Assembly: GCA_965215605.1 (NCBI GenBank)
Contig: OZ244070.1
Location: forward strand, 2,496,001 to 2,560,000
DNA from: an uncultured Candidatus Binatia bacterium
GTDB lineage: Bacteria > Desulfobacterota > Binatia > UBA9968 > JAJDTQ01
Direction: 5' to 3'
DNA: 64,000 bases
Positions 48,606 through 57,195 of this stretch are shown one piece after another. The position numbers were made by a program, and so were the translations under genes. The first letter of the stretch is position 1, and the number at the start of each line of letters is the position of its first letter. The notes beneath the pieces were generated by a model. It was not told where the DNA came from. It searched no databases and saw nothing but the letters and a program-made list of their open reading frames with translations.

Positions 48606-49850
48606 ATGGAACGCGCCCGGCTGGACAGGCTCAACGGTATGCTGGACGAGGTGCTCCGGACCAACGAGTTCTATCGCCGCAAGCTCGATGGGTGCGTTGT
48701 GCGGCCCGTGGAGGGACCGGAACAGTTCTCGGAGCTGCCGTTCACCACCAAGCAGGAGCTGGTGGACGACCAACTCCGGCACGCGCCGTTCGGCAGTGAC
48801 CTGACCTATACCCTGGAACGGTACGTGCACGTGCACCAGACCTCGGGCACCACGGGCCGGCCCATGTACTGGCTGGATACCGAGGCGTCGTGGGACTGGT
48901 GGGGCGAATGCTGGAAGGCCGTGCTGGAGGCAGCCGGGGTGGGGCCCGGAGACCGCGTCTTCTTCGCGTTCTCCTTCGGGCCGTTCGTGGGGTTCTGGAG
49001 CGGCTGGGAAGGGGCCCGCAAGGTCGGCGCCCTGGCCGTTTCCGGGGGCGGACAGACGACGCAGCAACGGCTCAAGAGCCTTATGGAATACGAGGCCACC
49101 GCGCTGGTGTGCACCCCGACTTATGCCCTCCACATGGCGGCGGAGGCGCGGCGGGCGGGCATGGACCTGGCGCGGGACTCGGCCGTGCGGGTGACCGTCC
49201 ACGCGGGCGAGCCCGGGGCGAGCATCGCCTCGACGAAGCGCCGCATCGAGGACGCGTGGGGCGCCCGCTGTTTCGACCATACCGGGGCCACCGAGGTGGG
49301 CGCCTTCGGCTTCGGCTGCGACGCCCTGCCGGAAGGGGTCCACGTCAACGAGGACGAGTTCATCGCGGAGGTGGTGGACACGGAGAGCGGCGAGCCGCTG
49401 CCCGACGGGGGCCGGGGAGAGCTGGTGCTGACGAACCTGGGCCGGGTGGGAAGCCCCGTCATCCGGTACCGCACCGGAGATGTAGTGGAGCCCCGCCGCG
49501 GTCCCTGCGCTTGCGGGCGCGACTCCCTGGTGTTGGACGGGGGCGTGGTCGGACGCGTGGATGATATGGTGGTGGTGCGGGGAGTCAACATCTTCCCGAG
49601 CGCGGTGGAGCGCATCGTGCGGCAGTTTCCCGAAGTCGAGGAGTTCCGCGTCGACGTGCTGGAGACCGGCGGGCTGGCGGAGCTCAAGGTCACGGTGGAG
49701 CCGGGCGCGGGGGAAACGCCGGCCGGTCTCAGGGAGGGTGTGACCGAGTCCATCCGGGACAACCTCCACATCCGCCCGGTGGTGGAGGTTGCGCCGCCGG
49801 GGACCCTGCCCCGTTTCGAGTTGAAGGCGAGGAGGTTCTTTCGGAATTGA
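48606..49850 (+). CDS. Phenylacetate--CoA ligase (PaaK) family protein
   Basis: LPFTTKQEL, QTSGTTG, CTPTYAL, AGEPG, GATE, IRYRTGD, GRVDDM..VRGVNIFP. Confidence 0.92.
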   Translation: MERARLDRLNGMLDEVLRTNEFYRRKLDGCVVRPVEGPEQFSELPFTTKQELVDDQLRHAPFGSDLTYTLERYVHVHQTSGTTGRPMYWLDTEASWDWWGECWKAVLEAAGVGPGDRVFFAFSFGPFVGFWSGWEGARKVGALAVSGGGQTTQQRLKSLMEYEATALVCTPTYALHMAAEARRAGMDLARDSAVRVTVHAGEPGASIASTKRRIEDAWGARCFDHTGATEVGAFGFGCDALPEGVHVNEDEFIAEVVDTESGEPLPDGGRGELVLTNLGRVGSPVIRYRTGDVVEPRRGPCACGRDSLVLDGGVVGRVDDMVVVRGVNIFPSAVERIVRQFPEVEEFRVDVLETGGLAELKVTVEPGAGETPAGLREGVTESIRDNLHIRPVVEVAPPGTLPRFELKARRFFRN

Positions 49851-49858
49851 GCAGCGCC

Positions 49859-50353
49859 ATGTCCGACAGCGAGACCATCACCGGAAAGCGCCTGATGCGG
49901 TTGCGGGTCAACGGCGAGGTGCACGAGGTGGCCGGCCACGTCACCCACAGCCTGCTGGAGGTGCTCCGGGAGGAGATGGGCCTCACCGGCACCAAGCATG
50001 GCTGCGAGCTGGGGGAGTGCGGCACCTGCACGGTGCTGGTGGACGGCGAGCCCATTTACTCGTGCCTGATGCTGGCGGTGGAGGCCGAGGGCGCGGAGAT
50101 CACCACCGTCGAGGGACTGGCCCTCCAAGGGCGGCCGCATCCATTGCAGCGGGCGTTCTCGGACCTGGGTGCGGCCCAGTGCGGCTACTGCATCCCCGGA
50201 ATCCTGCTGGCGGCCAAGGCGCTCCTCGACAAGCGGCCAGAGCCGTCACGCGTCGATATCGAGGAGGCACTGTCGGGCAACCTGTGCCGTTGCACGGGCT
50301 ACACCAAGATCATCGAGGCGGTGGAGCAGGCCATGGGCGAGATGCGGGGTTGA
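49859..50353 (+). CDS. hcrC: (2Fe-2S) subunit, 4-hydroxybenzoyl-CoA reductase gamma-like
   Basis: GTKHGCELGECGTCT, QCGYCIPG, GNLCRCTGY; clustered with hcrA- and hcrB-like genes. Confidence 0.8.
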   Translation: MSDSETITGKRLMRLRVNGEVHEVAGHVTHSLLEVLREEMGLTGTKHGCELGECGTCTVLVDGEPIYSCLMLAVEAEGAEITTVEGLALQGRPHPLQRAFSDLGAAQCGYCIPGILLAAKALLDKRPEPSRVDIEEALSGNLCRCTGYTKIIEAVEQAMGEMRG

Positions 50354-50381
50354 CGGACAAGGGCTTGGAAACGGGATCGAC

Positions 50382-50609
50382 ATGACGCCGATAGAGTGGA
50401 TTGCGGCCGGGCAACTGGCCATCGGCGCCGGGCAACTGGCCGTCGGCGCGGTCGGGGTCATCCTGGTGTGGCAGGGTATCCGGCAGATGCGCAGGGCCGG
50501 CGACCAGCGCGAGAAGCGCGAGGATGCCCGACATTGCGAAGCGATGCGCGCGCTGGAAGCGCTCATAGAACGAACCGCGGGGAGCCGGGGCGAAGGCACG
50601 CAGGTATGA
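50382..50609 (+). CDS. Small hypothetical membrane protein (75 aa)
   Basis: One TM helix followed by a charged helix; its TGA overlaps the next ATG (ATGA); internal 21-bp tandem repeat. Confidence 0.55.
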   Translation: MTPIEWIAAGQLAIGAGQLAVGAVGVILVWQGIRQMRRAGDQREKREDARHCEAMRALEALIERTAGSRGEGTQV

Positions 50610-52975
50610 AGAAAAGCCGTTTCTCGGTCATCGGCAAGCCCTTGCCGCGCATCGACGGTCCGGCCAAGTGCGCGGGCGACACGCGTTACGCCGACGACCT
50701 CGTCATGCCGCGCATGCTGTTCTGCCGGCTGCTGCGGAGCCCGCATCCGCACGCGCTGATCCACGACGTGTCCGCGCGGCGGGCGCTGGAGCTGCCCGGG
50801 GTCCACGCGGTCATCACCGGCGAGGACGTGCCGACGAAGTTCGGCATCATGCCGTCGACCCAGGACGAGGAGGCGCTGGCGGTGGACAAGGTCCGCTATG
50901 TCGGCGACCCGGTGGCGGCGGTGGCGGCCGTCAGCGAGGACGCGGCGGAGGAGGCGCTGCGGCTCATCGACGTCGACTACGAGGTGCTCGACCCCATCCT
51001 GTCCATCGAGGGCGCCCTCGAGGCCGAAGACCACCGAATCCACACGTGGAACCGGCGCGCCAACATCCAGAAGGCCGTCTCCTTCGAGTTCGGCGAGGTG
51101 GACGCGGGCTTCGAGGAGGCGGACGAGATATTCGAGGGGACCTATTTCTTCCAGGGCAACACCCACCTGCCCATGGAGCAGTACTGCGCGCTGGCCAACT
51201 ACACGGCCGACGGCAAGCTCACGCTGTGGTCCTCGACCCAGACGCCGCACTACGTGCACCGCGCCCTGTCCCGGGTGCTGGATCTGCCCATGGGGCGCAT
51301 CCGGGTCATCGCCACGCCGGTGGGCGGCGGCTTCGGCGGCAAGAGCGACCCGTTCTCCCACGAGATCGCGGTGGCCAGGCTAGCGATGATCACCGGCCGC
51401 CCGGTGAAGATCACGCTCAACCGGGAAGAGTCGTTCTATGTCCACCGGGGACGCCACCCGGTGAAGATGTGGATGCGCACGGGGGTCAAGCGCGACGGCA
51501 CCCTCAAGGCCATGTGGTTCCGTTCCTTCCTGGACGGCGGCGGCTACAGCAGCTACGGCCTGGCCACGGTCTACTACACCGGGGCGCTGCAGACGGTGAC
51601 CTACCAACTGCCGGCCTACAAGTTCGAAGGCGTGCGGGTGTTCACCAACAAGCCGCCCTGCGGCCCCAAGCGCGGCCATGGCACACCGCAGCCGCGGTTC
51701 GCCATGGAGGTGCAGCTCGACGAGATCGCGGAGAAGCTGGGGCTGGACCCGGTGGAACTGCGGCTCAAGCAGATCGTCGAGCCCGACAGCGTGACGGTGA
51801 ACGGCCTTCGGGTCAGCACCATCGGGCTGCGGGAGTGCATCGAGAAGGTCGCCGAGCGCTCGGGCTGGAAGGAGAAGCATCGCGCGCTGCCCCGGGGACA
51901 CGGCATCGGCTTTGCCGCCAGTTCCTACATCAGCGGCGCGGGCCTGCCCATCTACTGGAACGACATGCCCCACTCGGGGGTGCAGATCCGCGCGGACCGG
52001 GGCGGCGGCGTGACCGTGTTCTGCGGCTCCACGGACATCGGCCAGGGCTCCGATTCCATCCTGGCCTTCGCGGTGGCCGAGGAGCTGGGGCTTCAGCCGG
52101 GGGACGTGCGGGTGTTCACGGCGGACACCGACCTCACGCCGGTGGACCTGGGAAGCTATTCCAGCCGGGTCACGGTGATGACCGGCAACGCCGCCATCCA
52201 GGCCTGCGGCAGTCTCAAGGAGCGTCTGTTCGAGGTGGCGGCGGAGGTCCTGGAGGTGCCCGCCGACGACCTGGAAATGGAGGAGGGCCGGGTGCGGAGC
52301 CGCAGTCTGCCGGACCGGGGCCTGGGCTTCGCCGAGTGCGTCGAGCGGGCGGAGTCCCGGTTCGGCACCCTCGGGGCCACCGGCAGCTACCGGCCGCCCA
52401 GGCATCCGGGAGACTACAAGGGCGCCGGGGTCGGGCCTACCCCGTCCTACAGCTACTCCGCCGCCGTGGTGGAGCTCCACTGCGACGGCGACACCGGCGA
52501 GATCCACATCGACAAGGTATGGATCGCCCACGACTGCGGCCGCGCCTTCAACCCGTTGTGGGTGCAGGGGCAGGTGGAGGGAAGCGTCTACATGGCCCTG
52601 GGCGAGGTGCTGATGGAGGAGCAGATCTTCCGCAAGTCGGGCGTGCACAAGATCCCGTCCATCCTCGAATACAAGAGCCCCACGACGTTGGAGACGCCGC
52701 CCATCGAGACCATCCTGGTGGAGACCGACGACCCGGAGGGTCCCTTCGGCGCCAAGGAGGCCGGCCAGGGTCCGTTGCTGCCGGTGATACCGGCCGTGTC
52801 CAACGCGGTCTACGACGCGCTGGGCGTGCGCATCCACGAGATACCTGTGACCCCGGACAAGATCCTGCGGGCGCTGGACCAGCGGCTCAAGGAGCCCTCG
52901 GTGCCGGAGTTCGAGTTTCCCACGCCCATTCGCTGGGCCCCGGGCCAGGGGGTCGAGGTGCCGCAGAAGAGTTGA
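50606..52975 (+). CDS. hcrA: Molybdopterin-binding subunit, 4-hydroxybenzoyl-CoA reductase alpha-like
   Basis: RSPHPHA, STQTPH, GGGFGGK, PCGPKRGHG, DIGQGS, GSYSSRVT, GPFGAKE. Confidence 0.8.
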   Translation: MKKSRFSVIGKPLPRIDGPAKCAGDTRYADDLVMPRMLFCRLLRSPHPHALIHDVSARRALELPGVHAVITGEDVPTKFGIMPSTQDEEALAVDKVRYVGDPVAAVAAVSEDAAEEALRLIDVDYEVLDPILSIEGALEAEDHRIHTWNRRANIQKAVSFEFGEVDAGFEEADEIFEGTYFFQGNTHLPMEQYCALANYTADGKLTLWSSTQTPHYVHRALSRVLDLPMGRIRVIATPVGGGFGGKSDPFSHEIAVARLAMITGRPVKITLNREESFYVHRGRHPVKMWMRTGVKRDGTLKAMWFRSFLDGGGYSSYGLATVYYTGALQTVTYQLPAYKFEGVRVFTNKPPCGPKRGHGTPQPRFAMEVQLDEIAEKLGLDPVELRLKQIVEPDSVTVNGLRVSTIGLRECIEKVAERSGWKEKHRALPRGHGIGFAASSYISGAGLPIYWNDMPHSGVQIRADRGGGVTVFCGSTDIGQGSDSILAFAVAEELGLQPGDVRVFTADTDLTPVDLGSYSSRVTVMTGNAAIQACGSLKERLFEVAAEVLEVPADDLEMEEGRVRSRSLPDRGLGFAECVERAESRFGTLGATGSYRPPRHPGDYKGAGVGPTPSYSYSAAVVELHCDGDTGEIHIDKVWIAHDCGRAFNPLWVQGQVEGSVYMALGEVLMEEQIFRKSGVHKIPSILEYKSPTTLETPPIETILVETDDPEGPFGAKEAGQGPLLPVIPAVSNAVYDALGVRIHEIPVTPDKILRALDQRLKEPSVPEFEFPTPIRWAPGQGVEVPQKS

Positions 52976-52978
52976 CCG

Positions 52979-54040
52979 ATGCTGCGACTTCCCGATTTCA
53001 CCTATATCCGCCCGCGCACCCTGGCGGAGGCGTCGAGCGCGCTTGAAGAGCTGGGCGCCGAGGCCATGGCGGTGGCCGGCGGCACCGACGTCTATCCCAA
53101 GATGAAGCGGGGGCAGTTCACGCCGCGATACTTGGTGTCGCTGGGCCATGTGGAAGAGCACCGGGGCATACGCCGGGAGGAAGGGCGCGGTCTGTGGGTC
53201 GGCGCCGGCGAGACCCTGAGCGTCGTGGCCGGCCACGAGGTCGTGCGCCGCGAATTTCCCGCGCTGGCCGCCGCCGCCGGCCTGGTCTCGACGCTGCAGC
53301 TCCGGAACGCCGGCACCATCGGCGGCAACCTGTTCGTGGACACCCGCTGCAACTACTACGACCAGTCGTTCTTCTGGCGCCAAGCCGTGGGTTTCTGTCT
53401 CAAGAAGGACGGGGACATCTGCCTGGTGGCGCCCAAGAGCCGCGTCTGCCTCGCCATCTGCTCTTCGGACACCGCGCCGGTGCTGAGCAGCCTGGGCGCC
53501 GAGGCCGTCCTGGTCAGCGGCCAGGGGAGCCGGCAGGTGCCGCTGGACACCCTCTACCGCGACGACGGCATTGACTACCTCGCCAAACGGCCGGAGGAGT
53601 TGTTGCAGGGCGTGTGGATCCCGGAGGCGTCTTTCGGCTGGCGCAACGTCTACCTCAAGCTGCGCCGCCGGGGCTCCTTCGACTTCCCGGTGCTGGGGGT
53701 GGCCGCGGCCCTCAGGATGGCCGCCTCGGGGACGTGCGAGGGGGCGAAGGTGGTTCTGACGGCGGTGGCGTCGGCGCCCAAGGTGGTGGAAGATGCGCCC
53801 GGGGTTCTGTGCGGGAAGCCCGTGGACAGGGCCTCCATCGCCGAGGCCGCGGAGCTGGCCATGCGCGTGTCCCATCCGCTGGACAACGCGGACATGGATT
53901 ACTGGTATCGCAAGCGCATGACCCGGGTGTACGTGACGCGGGCGCTGCGGCAACTGACCGCCTCCGGCGAGGCGGCTGACGGCCCGGAGGCGGCCCCCGC
54001 CCAAGCGGGCCGGAAAGGAAGCCATGGCGGCATCCGCTGA
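52979..54040 (+). CDS. hcrB: FAD/[4Fe-4S] subunit, 4-hydroxybenzoyl-CoA reductase beta-like
   Basis: AGGTD, RNAGTIGGN, and the four-Cys insert DTRCNYYDQSFFWR...CLK..G..C.......C characteristic of HcrB; KLRRRGSFDFP. Confidence 0.87.
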   Translation: MLRLPDFTYIRPRTLAEASSALEELGAEAMAVAGGTDVYPKMKRGQFTPRYLVSLGHVEEHRGIRREEGRGLWVGAGETLSVVAGHEVVRREFPALAAAAGLVSTLQLRNAGTIGGNLFVDTRCNYYDQSFFWRQAVGFCLKKDGDICLVAPKSRVCLAICSSDTAPVLSSLGAEAVLVSGQGSRQVPLDTLYRDDGIDYLAKRPEELLQGVWIPEASFGWRNVYLKLRRRGSFDFPVLGVAAALRMAASGTCEGAKVVLTAVASAPKVVEDAPGVLCGKPVDRASIAEAAELAMRVSHPLDNADMDYWYRKRMTRVYVTRALRQLTASGEAADGPEAAPAQAGRKGSHGGIR

Positions 54041-55514
54041 GCTGGAAGCAAGGCTGCAGGGCCTCGAGAATCACCTGCGCACGGAGAACCCCGTTCTTCT
54101 GAGCGCGGTTCGGAGTTTCCGGAAACTGGACGGGATCTCGCGGCGGCTGGGGTTCCTGGGAGCCGGCGAGTCCCATGCCACGCGCATTCCGTGGTGGCCT
54201 CTGGTGGCCGTGCTGGGCACCTATTCGTCGGGCAAGTCCACGTTCATCAACGACTACCTGGGGCAGGCGGTACAATCCACTGGCAACCAGGCGGTGGATG
54301 ACCGGTTTTCCGTGTTGTGCTTCGGCAAGGAACAGGATGTCCGCGTGCTGCCGGGGGTGGCGCTGGATGCCGACCCCCGCTTTCCGTTCTACAAGATGAG
54401 CCGGGCCATCGAGGAGATCAGCGCGGGCGAGGGAAGCCGCATCGACGCCTACCTCCAGCTCAAGACCTGCTCCAGCGAAACGCTTCGCGGCATGATCGTC
54501 ATCGACTCGCCGGGCTTCGACGCGGACCAGCAGCGCACGGCGACGCTGCGCGTGTCGGACCGCATCATCGACCTTGCGGATCTGGTGCTGGTCTTCTTCG
54601 ATGCCAGGCACCCCGAGCCCGGCACCATGCAGGATACCCTGCAGCACATGGTGGCGGAGACCATCCACCGGACGGATTCGAACAAGTTCCTCTACGTGCT
54701 GAACCAGATGGACCACACGGCGCGGGAGAACAACCCGGAGGACATCGTAGGGTCGTGGCAACGGGCGCTGGCGCAGAAAGGGCTGACCGCCGGGCGGTTC
54801 TACTGCATCTACAGTCCGCGGGCGGCCGTCCCCATAGAGGACGAGGGCGTGCGCGCCCGCTACGAAGAGAAGCGCGACTTCGATCTGGCCGAGGTTCACG
54901 GACGCATCCGGCAGGTCGGAGTGGACCGGACCTACCGCATCATGGGAAACCTCGAGCACACCGCCCGCGACATCGAGTTGCGGCTGGTGCCGCGCCTGCA
55001 GGCCATGATCGCGGAGTGGCGCGCCCGGGTCCGGCGGTTTGACGGAACCGCTTTCGGCGTCCTCCTCGCGGTCGTGCTGGGGTGGACCGCGTGGAGCGGT
55101 GAATGGAATGGCCTCACGCTTGCCCACCCCTTCTGGTCAGCGGTGTTCGGCGAGGCCGCGTGGACCTATGCCGCGTTGGCGGCGGCGGGGCTGGTGGCGG
55201 GATACATCCATGTCTCGGCTCGCCGGATAGCGGCCAACCGCGTGCTCAAGACGCTTCGGCGCCGGTTGGGGGAGGTCCGCGACACGGATGTGCTCGATGC
55301 GCTCAGCGCCGCCTTCCGCCGGAACACGCTTCCGTGGCGTCCGGTGTTCGGAGCGCGCCCTTCGGGCTGGAACCAGGGTACCCGGCAGCAACTCTCCGAG
55401 GTGATCGCGGAGGCCAACGGCTGCGTGCAGGCTCTCAACGACCGGTTCGCCGACCCGGGCGGCGCGGCGGCGGCCCCGCCGCCCCCGGACACGCCAGCCG
55501 AGTCCCCGACATGA
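54024..55514 (+). CDS. Dynamin-family (EHD-like) NTPase with two C-terminal TM helices
   Basis: GTYSSGKST, TGNQAVDDRF, LPGVALDADPRFPF, IDSPG, VFFDA, VLNQMD. Confidence 0.82.
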   Translation: MAASAELEARLQGLENHLRTENPVLLSAVRSFRKLDGISRRLGFLGAGESHATRIPWWPLVAVLGTYSSGKSTFINDYLGQAVQSTGNQAVDDRFSVLCFGKEQDVRVLPGVALDADPRFPFYKMSRAIEEISAGEGSRIDAYLQLKTCSSETLRGMIVIDSPGFDADQQRTATLRVSDRIIDLADLVLVFFDARHPEPGTMQDTLQHMVAETIHRTDSNKFLYVLNQMDHTARENNPEDIVGSWQRALAQKGLTAGRFYCIYSPRAAVPIEDEGVRARYEEKRDFDLAEVHGRIRQVGVDRTYRIMGNLEHTARDIELRLVPRLQAMIAEWRARVRRFDGTAFGVLLAVVLGWTAWSGEWNGLTLAHPFWSAVFGEAAWTYAALAAAGLVAGYIHVSARRIAANRVLKTLRRRLGEVRDTDVLDALSAAFRRNTLPWRPVFGARPSGWNQGTRQQLSEVIAEANGCVQALNDRFADPGGAAAAPPPPDTPAESPT

Positions 55515-55593
55515 ACCGACTGCGGCGCGCGGTTTCGCCCCGGTTGCCGTCCGTCCGGGCCGCAACCCGCCGGATACCCGTTCCCCCGATCCC

Positions 55594-56313
55594 ATGCGAA
55601 CACGCAAGCTGTTGAAACGCGGGACCATTCTCGCCGCCGTGGTGCTGGCCCTGTTCCTGGCAAGCCCTTACGCGCCGGCGCCGCTGGTCGGCGCCGGAGA
55701 GGGCGGCGGTTTGTCATTGACCGCCTCTTACTGGACCGAAGGGCAGACCCGGCAGTTCCTGTTGTCCCTGGGCTCGTATTCCGCCGTCACGCTGGTGTTG
55801 TTCCAGGCCAGCCAGGTTGTGTTTCCTCCCGTCCCGGGTGAGTTGATCGGGATCCTGGCCGGTTACCTCTACGGCACGTGGGCCGGTTTCGTCCTCTCCA
55901 CTCTCGGCCTGACGCTGGGCTCATGGGTGGTGTTCGAGCTCGCCCGTGTTCTCGGCCGGCCTTTCGTGGAGCGGACCCTGAGCCGGAAAATGCTTGCCAG
56001 GATGGGATTCCTGTCCACCGACCGCGGCGCCTTGATCTGCTTTCTGCTCTTCGCGGTGCCCGGCTTTCCCAAGGACTACCTGTGCGGTCTGCTGGGCGTC
56101 AGCCGGATGAGCTTTCCCACGTTCATGATCCTGTCCACGCTGGGCCGGATGCCCGCGACCTGCATACTGGCGTTGCAGGGAGCGAAGTTTCACGGCCAGA
56201 CGTATCTTGAGGCCGGGCTGGTGGTGGCGGCCTTCTGCGCGGTGGTGCTTGCCGCCTACCTCTACCGTGAACGGCTGTTCATGTGGTTGCACGCCAAGAG
56301 CCTGTCCGGATAG
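55594..56313 (+). CDS. TVP38/TMEM64 (DedA superfamily) membrane protein
   Basis: QVVFPPVPGE, GLTLGS, VPGFPKDYLC, GRMP. Confidence 0.88.
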   Translation: MRTRKLLKRGTILAAVVLALFLASPYAPAPLVGAGEGGGLSLTASYWTEGQTRQFLLSLGSYSAVTLVLFQASQVVFPPVPGELIGILAGYLYGTWAGFVLSTLGLTLGSWVVFELARVLGRPFVERTLSRKMLARMGFLSTDRGALICFLLFAVPGFPKDYLCGLLGVSRMSFPTFMILSTLGRMPATCILALQGAKFHGQTYLEAGLVVAAFCAVVLAAYLYRERLFMWLHAKSLSG

Positions 56314-56347
56314 CCGGGACACGAAACCCCCCGCGGCATGGCGCGGG

Positions 56348-57031
56348 TCAGGGCTCTTCCGGTGACGGCGGACGGGGGAGGGCCGGAGGGTCCGCGCTGT
56401 TGAATTCCCGGCCGACGATGCCGGACGAGACGATGAACTTGAAGGCTTCTTCGACGGTGTAGTCGGTTTCGATCACTTCGTCTTCCGGTATCAGGACGAG
56501 AAAGCCGGAGGTCGGGTTCGGTGTGGTGGGTACGAAGACGGACAGCAGGTCTCCGGAAGGGGAGAGGTCGAAGGGGTCGGTCCTGCGGGTTGCCACCAGT
56601 CCCATCATCCAGACGCCGTTTCTGGGATACTCCAGCAGCACCACCCGCTGGAAGCTGCGGTGAGGTCCTTGAAGCGTCTCCACCACCTGCTTGACGGCGC
56701 CGTACACGGTGCTCACCAACGGCAACTTCATGAACAGTTGGTTCACGGTGGCGAGCACGCGGCGGCCGACGATGTTGGTGCCGAACATCCCGATAAAGAA
56801 GACCAGCAGCAGGGCCAGCAGCAGGTTGATGAACGGGACCAGCGGCGTAAGCCACTGAAGCTCGTCCATATCGAAGAAGAACGACAGAATGCCCAGGAGG
56901 ATCGGAGTGCCCGCGTTGCTGAGCAGGTTGAACAGGAACGCGATGAGGATGTAGGTGACGAACAGCGGGATCAGGATCAGCAATCCCGTGATCATCGTGT
57001 TCCGCAGAACATGGGGTTTCCTGGCTTGCAT
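56348..57031 (-). CDS. DUF502 family membrane protein
   Basis: GLLILIP, PLVSTVY, EYPR, FVPTTPNPTSGF. Confidence 0.9.
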   Translation of the reverse strand: MQARKPHVLRNTMITGLLILIPLFVTYILIAFLFNLLSNAGTPILLGILSFFFDMDELQWLTPLVPFINLLLALLLVFFIGMFGTNIVGRRVLATVNQLFMKLPLVSTVYGAVKQVVETLQGPHRSFQRVVLLEYPRNGVWMMGLVATRRTDPFDLSPSGDLLSVFVPTTPNPTSGFLVLIPEDEVIETDYTVEEAFKFIVSSGIVGREFNSADPPALPRPPSPEEP

Positions 57032-57121
57032 GGGACGGGTGCCGGCGTGAAAGATGCAAGCAGAGAATACGTGAAGGCTGCACCGCTGGCAAGGGTGGCC
57101 TTCGACGCCCCGGCCCCTCTA

Positions 57122-57150
57122 TTGACATACACGCCTAACTCATTTAATGA
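57122..57150 (+). promoter_or_regulatory. Putative sigma70 promoter of the treT-like gene
   Basis: TTGACA, 17 nt spacer, TAATGA; AGGAGG SD at 57182. Confidence 0.5.
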
Positions 57151-57195
57151 TCGATAAAATCGTTGCCTGTTTTCGCGGCACAGGAGGGTGAAGCA

